Shown here piece after piece: positions 57,743 through 64,000 of a stretch of DNA of 64,000 bases. Both the position numbers and the translations under genes were made by a program. How positions within the stretch are numbered: position 1 is the first letter of the stretch; each line of letters starts with the position of its first letter. The notes under the pieces were generated by a model that saw only the letters and a list, made by a program, of their open reading frames with translations, was not told the origin of the DNA and made no database searches. The stretch spans positions 163,584-227,583 of the IMG/VR virus record IMGVR_UViG_3300042359_000853; one strand, written 5' to 3'.

Positions 57743-58180
57743 ATGAATAAAGTATCACTTCGTAAAAAAATACAACTTTATCTTACTTATAGAAAAACTT
57801 TGGAAAAAAACAGAGAAGATCTATTTCAAAATTTCACTAGTCGTATCGATAAAGTTTATAGGATTTATACGGTAATAAATTTGCCTAAAGAAGAAATGGA
57901 AGAACCCTATAATTTCAGAAAAAGAGATTTAGATATTTTTGCAGAAAAATACATTCGAGAATATTCACAAAATATGGGTAAATATCTCAATAATTTAGGA
58001 TTGAATGAACTTTATGATATTTATGAAGTAAAAAAAGTAGATAAATTTTCGTATTTAATTGTTATAGGATTCAGATTATTCAACACAGATAAACTAGCAA
58101 AGAATTTTTGGTTGAAAGTATTACCCTGGAGTCTCGGAACATTGATTTTAGGCTCTATAATTTTGAAACTTCTTCTATAG
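57743..58180 (+). CDS. Hypothetical protein with C-terminal TM helix
   Basis: VLPWSLGTLILGSIILKLLL C-terminus. Confidence 0.7.
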   Translation: MNKVSLRKKIQLYLTYRKTLEKNREDLFQNFTSRIDKVYRIYTVINLPKEEMEEPYNFRKRDLDIFAEKYIREYSQNMGKYLNNLGLNELYDIYEVKKVDKFSYLIVIGFRLFNTDKLAKNFWLKVLPWSLGTLILGSIILKLLL

Positions 58181-58209
58181 GGTTTATATAAGTTACAAAC
58201 AATTTAAAA

Positions 58210-58665
58210 ATGTCAAAATATTATAATCTTTCACAAGACTCAATTAACCTATTCAATCAGATTTTTGATACCAAAGCATTTCCATTAGGAATAAACTTTG
58301 CTTTTATTGGTCACGAAGAGCAAAAAGAACTTATTAAAATCTCAAAAGTTCCCGATCAGTATAACTTTCTACTTCAAAATGAACTTCTTGTTTGTATGAA
58401 CGAAGAGCTTATCTCTAAGTTTGATGAAGAAAGTGTTACTATTCTTATAGAACAAGAACTTGATAAAATAAGTATCAATCTAGATACTGGTAAAATTAAG
58501 TTTGTAAAACCTAATCTCTCTACTTTCACTTCTCTTATCTCGAAATATGGTCTTGAAAAAGTAGGAAGAGCTAATCAAATTGAAGATTTATACAACGAAC
58601 AACAACTCGATTCTGAACAAGGATTTGTAGAACAAAAAAAATCACACTATGGAAAACGAAAATAA
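58210..58665 (+). CDS. Degenerate phage-metallopeptidase-like protein
   Basis: ILIEQELDKI...KPNLSTF..LISKYG parallels LxxHELxHI...HDxxEF...VxRYG, but the His ligands are missing. Confidence 0.4.
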   Translation: MSKYYNLSQDSINLFNQIFDTKAFPLGINFAFIGHEEQKELIKISKVPDQYNFLLQNELLVCMNEELISKFDEESVTILIEQELDKISINLDTGKIKFVKPNLSTFTSLISKYGLEKVGRANQIEDLYNEQQLDSEQGFVEQKKSHYGKRK

Positions 58666-59317
58666 AAAACTAATTGAAACCGCTACGGTAAAGCCAAAAC
58701 TTACAATATTCGAAAACGAAATCGAATATAGACTTCTTGATCTAGAGGATGAAGTTCAAATGGATAGACTCATAAGTCAAATAGAAGACTATATGAAAAA
58801 CAACAACGGATATGGTGAAAGTGATAACACGAAAGATATTCTTTATGCTGACGCACAAGGATTATGGAACGAATACGCTAAAATCTTGAGAGATGTAAAA
58901 TTTACTTTTTATATTAATAGAAAGCAGTATCAATTTTTGACTGAACTTCTTCGTGATAAACTTGAATATGACGTTAATACAATATTTATAGCTATTGAAC
59001 TGACCGATATGCTTGGAACTTGGGTCTCTGAAGGCACTAACAAAGATGATACTTCAGTAAAAGGGTACCAGGCTAATGCTACCGAAATGACCTATATGTA
59101 TCACCTTATCGCAAAACATAAAGTAAAAGGTCTCGGATATTCTACCTATATTTTTGCTGATATTTTAAGGAGAATTGGTGAAATCTCTAAGATTATCAAC
59201 TATTATGATAATCACGCTAAGCAACTCTCTACAGATATACAAAAATGGGTTGCTTCTTTTGAAGATCCAGAAACAGGTGATGATGTAGCACCACCAGAAG
59301 GTCAAGAAACAAAATAA
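58649..59317 (+). CDS. Hypothetical protein
   Basis: 222-aa ORF overlapping the previous stop region. Confidence 0.7.
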   Translation: MENENKKLIETATVKPKLTIFENEIEYRLLDLEDEVQMDRLISQIEDYMKNNNGYGESDNTKDILYADAQGLWNEYAKILRDVKFTFYINRKQYQFLTELLRDKLEYDVNTIFIAIELTDMLGTWVSEGTNKDDTSVKGYQANATEMTYMYHLIAKHKVKGLGYSTYIFADILRRIGEISKIINYYDNHAKQLSTDIQKWVASFEDPETGDDVAPPEGQETK

Positions 59318-59342
59318 AATCCCAACAGATTTTATCTATCCG

Positions 59343-59376
59343 AAAAAAAAACACACCTTAGGGTGTGTTTTTTTTT
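59343..59376. terminator. Bidirectional terminator
   Basis: a9-cacacc-ttag-ggtgtg-t8 between convergent genes. Confidence 0.85.
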
Positions 59377-59378
59377 GA

Positions 59379-61106
59379 TCAAATACAGTAGTAAGAGGAC
59401 ATAATCGACCCATTTGTATTGATCTGTAGAGGTCTTTTTGTCCCTACACCACCAACTGTAAGTGCTATCCACTTTCCACCACCATTTGTAGGTGTGGTAA
59501 GTGCGGCATCATCATAGATAATATCTCCATTAATTAAAAACGCTAATGATTTAGTGCTATAATAAGCTCTGACTGTTTGATAAGTTGAACAAGCACCAGC
59601 TGCGTTTATAGCATCCGGAGTAGTTCTACCTAAGAATGTAAATAAGGTTGGAGTTGGTGTGGGTGTTCTTGTTGGAGTAACAGTTGGTGTTTTGGTTACT
59701 GTAGGAGTTGGGGTTTTAGTTGATGTTATTGTGGGTGTAGGTGTAGGACTCATAACAGGATTTTCATTCTGTGGCAAACCCCAAACGAGTTTAATGGATT
59801 TACTTTGTGAGTACAAATTGGAAAGATTAACAGAAATCTGAGAGAAAGTTCCAGAGAATTTTATTATACCTGTAGCCATGTTAGCACCACTTAAAATATA
59901 ACTAGATTCTGATACTAATGAAGATTTTAGTTCTGGACAATCGTTACAATCACAACACATAGAATAAGTTGAGCTAAATTGTAAATATTCCGTATTCGTA
60001 ATACCTGATTGGGAGAAACCTAGATGATAGATAGCTAAAACAGGATCAGATACGGGAGAATTGAAGACAAAACTATGTGTTCCATTACAAACCATCCTGA
60101 ATCCACCTGTTCTTTCAGGATTTCTAATATCACAACTCATGTAATTGTAGGCACTCGAATAAGTATTTCCACCACAAGAGAACGTAGCACAAGATCCAGC
60201 ACCAATTTCGCAGTTGTGGCCAGCTATATCTATTGGATAAATTGTTCTACTTGGTGTTGTGCACAAACCAGATACGTTATTCTCTACCGTGTTTATGAAT
60301 TGAGAAACTAAATTGTAAAGACTAGAAGATGATGTTGGTGAACTATAGAAATTTGCTGTTCTAGGAACAGGATCTACAAAACTACCACCGTTGGGTTGAG
60401 ACCAGTCAAGACCATTCAAGTAAGACCATAAATAAACTCCATCACCTTGTGTACATTCAGGACAACCAGGTGTTGCGCTAGGTGTCTGTGTTAATGTAGG
60501 TGTCAGGCTCGGTGTTAAAGTTGATGTGATTGATGGAGTAGGTGTGTTGGTGGGTGTCGCTTCTGGTGATGCACCGGGTGATCTTGTTATACTAGGTGTT
60601 ACTGTTATTGTGGGTGTTAATGTAGGTGTAACTGTTGAGGTTGAACTTGGTGTGGATGTAGGTGTGTCAGTTGGTATTGGACTCTCAGTTGATGATGGTG
60701 TAGAAGTATTCGTTGGTGTTGGATCTGGGGATATACCGGGAGTTTTAGTTAAAGTTGGTGTTGGTGTCGGGGTAGAAGTGACAGTGGATGTTACAGTTAG
60801 TGTTGGTGATACAGCAGGCAAAGAAGTGTGCGATGGAGATGGTGTAATAGAAGGTGTCAAAGTTATAGTAGGTGATGGTGTTGGTGTTAGAATATAGTTA
60901 GATACTAAAACTGTATAATCACAACCATCACAGGTAAAAATATAAGTTCCATTTAACTCATCCGATCCTCGGCCGTATAAAATAGGATCAAAAGTCCAAG
61001 GAAAACTAAAAGTAGAACTAATATTTAAGACACCTCCACCACTGGGAAAAATAAGTTGTAATGTGCAGTTTGTAAGCGGACTAGCCTCAAAAGTTACTGT
61101 AGCCAT
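59379..61106 (-). CDS. Pro/Thr-rich (TPTP) modular protein, putative virion surface protein
   Basis: Two TPTPS/T linkers (~60480-60890 and ~59650-59750) separating Cys-containing beta-rich domains; no signal peptide. Confidence 0.7.
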   Translation of the reverse strand: MATVTFEASPLTNCTLQLIFPSGGGVLNISSTFSFPWTFDPILYGRGSDELNGTYIFTCDGCDYTVLVSNYILTPTPSPTITLTPSITPSPSHTSLPAVSPTLTVTSTVTSTPTPTPTLTKTPGISPDPTPTNTSTPSSTESPIPTDTPTSTPSSTSTVTPTLTPTITVTPSITRSPGASPEATPTNTPTPSITSTLTPSLTPTLTQTPSATPGCPECTQGDGVYLWSYLNGLDWSQPNGGSFVDPVPRTANFYSSPTSSSSLYNLVSQFINTVENNVSGLCTTPSRTIYPIDIAGHNCEIGAGSCATFSCGGNTYSSAYNYMSCDIRNPERTGGFRMVCNGTHSFVFNSPVSDPVLAIYHLGFSQSGITNTEYLQFSSTYSMCCDCNDCPELKSSLVSESSYILSGANMATGIIKFSGTFSQISVNLSNLYSQSKSIKLVWGLPQNENPVMSPTPTPTITSTKTPTPTVTKTPTVTPTRTPTPTPTLFTFLGRTTPDAINAAGACSTYQTVRAYYSTKSLAFLINGDIIYDDAALTTPTNGGGKWIALTVGGVGTKRPLQINTNGSIMSSYYCI

Positions 61107-61150
61107 ATTAAACTATATATTCTAAAACAGAGCTATCACACAAACAAAAT

Positions 61151-61417
61151 TCATGAAAGTTTTATAAGTTTTATTTTTAGATCTCCTGAACCTTTGATTA
61201 CTCGATGATAGACACCTTTTGGTATAAAAATTTTACCGGATATTATTTTAGGAAGTTCATTATCCATTTGTATCATCCAATCTGTTCCAGATAATGACTC
61301 AATTATTCTATCTTCTCGATCTCTATGCCAAACATAATCACCAGAATCAACATCTTGATCGAAAGTTCTTAGGAAGATATTTTCACCTATCGTTTTTTCT
61401 TTGAAAGGTAAATTCAT
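61151..61417 (-). CDS. Small cupin-like protein
   Basis: WHRDREDR...IFIPKGVYHRVIKG cupin-type His pattern. Confidence 0.6.
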   Translation of the reverse strand: MNLPFKEKTIGENIFLRTFDQDVDSGDYVWHRDREDRIIESLSGTDWMIQMDNELPKIISGKIFIPKGVYHRVIKGSGDLKIKLIKLS

Positions 61418-61443
61418 AAATTTTTTTTTTAATATTTTTTATT

Positions 61444-62025
61444 TTACCAGAACCCCGGATATGACTTACCCCAAAGAGAGGAGAATCTGTTAGCACGACA
61501 TGCCCAGTAACCAGGTGTCATTTTATCCTTTTTTTCACGACAATTATGTCTTTTCGAAAATCTAGCTCTTGCTTTCGGATCACTAACTTTAGCATTTAGA
61601 CCACCTTTTACATCACCAAAATGAACTACTTTCACATTTCCAGTCTTGGGGTTTTTAACATAAACTTTATACTTTTTAGGTCCTGAACTTCTCATAGGTT
61701 TTCCAAGACTTACTTTTTTTCCTTTATATTCAGCTTCTGTAATAAACTCATCACAAAGTATCGGAAAATCAAGTGGCACCATTTCCCCTTCGAACTTTGC
61801 CCAAAGACCTAGATCACTCTCTTCAAAAAGAACTCGATCAGCATCACTCAATAATTCTTGATGATTTCTTGATTCTCTTATCAACTCGAAAAATGAAGTA
61901 GATCCAGGTCTAAATATATTTTCCAAAACTGATATCTTATTTTCTAAGTGATAAACTAGATTATTACTTGGCTTCTTATCGATGAAGTCCTCGAATTTTA
62001 ATATATTCTCGTAAATATTTTCCAT
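61444..62025 (-). CDS. Two-domain hypothetical protein (basic KKYKVYV...HFGD...HNC...GYWAC C-terminal domain)
   Basis: Motif recurs in large-phage hypothetical proteins; KFEDF N-terminal motif and an ITE^AEYKG junction. Confidence 0.7.
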   Translation of the reverse strand: MENIYENILKFEDFIDKKPSNNLVYHLENKISVLENIFRPGSTSFFELIRESRNHQELLSDADRVLFEESDLGLWAKFEGEMVPLDFPILCDEFITEAEYKGKKVSLGKPMRSSGPKKYKVYVKNPKTGNVKVVHFGDVKGGLNAKVSDPKARARFSKRHNCREKKDKMTPGYWACRANRFSSLWGKSYPGFW

Positions 62026-62086
62026 AACTTTATCCAGGGGTATTTTTTGTTAGTTTATATATATATCTAAATTTGAAACTCAGAAA

Positions 62087-64000
62087 GTGATAGAAGAAAA
62101 ACTTATTTTCTTTGATAAAGAAGGTAACCAGATTAATACCAAATGGAATGACGAATCCCAAGTGTGGGAGGCTGATTTAATATTTTCTGAAAACTCTTCA
62201 GACACCTTTAGAACTTATGGTCTTTATTCATTTGAAAAAATTGATGCCTTTAATTATCTCTCAGATAAGATGGTGCTTGAAAAATGGCAACTTTTCAATG
62301 AAAGAGGATTTGATTACTATGGATCTTCTACTCAAAGTTACAAAGTATCAAAAATAGAACCAGAGAATAGAGATAACACATTCTATTCTAAATGGATCTA
62401 TGGTCCTAATTTTGAAAGAAATTTTCCAAAAGGTTCCTATTTGAGATTTGAAAGTAATATTTTTAATCTAGGAGATACCAATACAATTTATCAAATTATC
62501 GATACTAAGAAAGATGCGGTGATGATTATATCAACACAAAGTAATTCTAGTTTTTATACAAATTGGTCTGGTTCTTATTCAAATTCAAATACTTACCTAG
62601 GTGTTACAGTTTCTGGGGTAAATTTTCTTTCGGTTGGGGATTATAGATATTCTGATGGTTCAACCAAATTATCAAGTTGGTCAGAACAATATTTCGATAA
62701 AAGAGTTTTTAACGGCAGAAAACTAACCGTTGTTAATTCTACAGAAAACGACGGCATCTATACTATATTAAATAAAGATCTTAAAGATAGTGAATATACT
62801 GAATATTACTTTTTTGAAGACTCAGTAGATACAGATGATAATATCATAGCTCGACTAACACTTCTTACAAGACTTCCTATTGTTTACCAGGGAAATATAG
62901 GTCTGAGTGGTAGTAATATATTTTTTTCGAATAGTATAGGAGATTTTCTAAAGCCAGGGAGCGTATTCTACATACCTGAATCTTCTTTGAATACTTCAAC
63001 ACTTCAAGTTGATAATATCTTAAATTTCAATCAGATTCTAACAGGTAGACTTTTTGATCAACGTGATTTGGTTGTTTATAATGGAAAAATTTATCAGTGT
63101 ATTCAATCTTATACACATAGTATAAACTCACCAGTATATCCATCAGATACTCTCTATTGGTCAGATTCACCAGATTATCTACCACTTACCTCAACAGTAA
63201 CTACAGAAAATTTATCCAATGCTACTATTCAATTAAATAATAATGTTTTGATATTTGAGGGTGGAACTTATTCACCAGCAAATATTACTAATACCCAAAA
63301 CATAGCAAAATTTGTAGATAAGTTTGAAGATGAATTTCTTAAGTTCGGTCTTATTTTAACATTTGATGGTAGAAAACTACTCGTAAAACCACAATATTCA
63401 TCGAAATACTTTGATATAAAATTCTATAAGAATAGTTACCTTACCGAAATCACCTCGAGTGAAATCACATACAATAGAAATTTAGAGATCACTGAAAAAC
63501 TAGTTCTAGAGAAAAATAGAGATTTTTCCCAAATTTTCAATTATAATATTTACCTTTCAGATATAGATGATTTTGGTATCGAAATTACTGTAAACTCACA
63601 GATTTATCATCAAGATACTGTTTGGGCTTATAATGGAGTGAGTGTAGATATTGAAAAAACAATAAATCTTACTCTTAAAGCTTGGAGAGATAAACATTTT
63701 GCCGAGCTTTCTAAGCTAGGTGTGGTTATTACTCTATCAAGTAAATGGGGAACATCCTACTACAACATTATAAATCTATCTAGTTTTTATCCAAATGTCG
63801 AGTTAAGATTCTCAGTTAGGGTAGGAACTACAGCAAAATATGATATTCTCTATTATGTTGGTGAGTTTTCACGCGTAGGGCCAAGATTAGGGTTAGTGCT
63901 TAACGGTCAAGAATTTACTGTAACATCAGCAACATCTAATTCTGGGTACTTAGTGAAAGAGACCATCGATAGTTTAATTACAACTTGGCAAGCTTATTTG
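62087..64000 (+). CDS. Large probable structural (baseplate/tail-associated) protein, truncated by window end
   Basis: GTG at 62087 after a TATATATA element reads MIEEKLIFFDKEGNQINTKWNDESQVWEADLIFSENSSDTFRTYGLYSFEK. Appears open to the window edge (spot-checked, not fully translated). Contains a DLVVYNGKIYQCIQSYTH CBM5/12-like motif. Function inferred. Confidence 0.65.
   Translation, partial: MIEEKLIFFDKEGNQINTKWNDESQVWEADLIFSENSSDTFRTYGLYSFEKIDAFNYLSDKMVLEKWQLFNERGFDYYGSSTQSYKVSKIEPENRDNTFYSKWIYGPNFERNFPKGSYLRFESNIFNLGDTNTIYQIIDTKKDAVMIISTQSNSSFYTNWSGSYSNSNTYLGVTVSGVNFLSVGDYRYSDGSTKLSSWSEQYFDKRVFNGRKLTVVNSTENDGIYTILNKDLKDSEYTEYYFFEDSVDTDDNIIARLTLLTRLPIVYQGNIGLSGSNIFFSNSIGDFLKPGSVFYIPESSLNTSTLQVDNILNFNQILTGRLFDQRDLVVYNGKIYQCIQSYTHSINSPVYPSDTLYWSDSPDYLPLTSTVTTENLSNATIQLNNNVLIFEGGTYSPANITNTQNIAKFVDKFEDEFLKFGLILTFDGRKLLVKPQYSSKYFDIKFYKNSYLTEITSSEITYNRNLEITEKLVLEKNRDFSQIFNYNIYLSDIDDFGIEITVNSQIYHQDTVWAYNGVSVDIEKTINLTLKAWRDKHFAELSKLGVVITLSSKWGTSYYNIINLSSFYPNVELRFSVRVGTTAKYDILYYVGEFSRVGPRLGLVLNGQEFTVTSATSNSGYLVKETIDSLITTWQAYL

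Noticed and set aside
1-64000. Stop-codon reassignment (as in some jumbo phages)
   Set aside because: Core genes are full length in the standard code, and TAA, TAG and TGA all occur as real stops.
1-64000. Eukaryotic giant virus or bacterial chromosome origin
   Set aside because: T4-like portal, capsid, protease, sheath, tube and terminase plus endolysin and tmRNA indicate a bacteriophage; no host housekeeping operons are present.

Overview
A 64-kb AT-rich, gene-dense segment of a large T4-like (probably jumbo) myophage genome, most likely infecting a Bacteroidota host. Host evidence: a T9SS C-terminal sorting domain, a short Bacteroidota-type ClpS, a tmRNA tag starting with Gly, and no Shine-Dalgarno motifs. 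T4-like core genes are dispersed and switch strand often: tail tube, gp47, portal, gp2, gp4, major capsid, prohead protease, tail sheath, TerS/TerL, gp25, clamp loader, gp15 and a gp55-like sigma. Accessory content: a one-piece tmRNA with a 29-codon tag, an IS607 element with a rearranged-RuvC TnpB, two Hef-like homing endonucleases, a Dam-type methylase, a heptose epimerase, a glycosyltransferase, two M28 peptidases, ClpS and a compact T7-RNAP/PolA-like protein. The most notable candidate system is an ~8-kb cell-envelope cassette (34.9-43.0 kb). It holds a T9SS-sorted cohesin/dockerin protein, two more signal-peptide proteins with dockerin-like tails carrying PA14 or nidogen-like domains, a CsgG-family lipoprotein plus a mini-paralogue, and a Gly-rich beta-barrel protein. 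Two window-wide patterns also stand out. An (A)ATATATA element sits upstream of most genes. A T4 capsid-targeting-like K(F/Y)xxF..E motif occurs in about 14 hypothetical proteins, sometimes internally between domains. All family assignments come from motif recognition by eye; no database searches were run.
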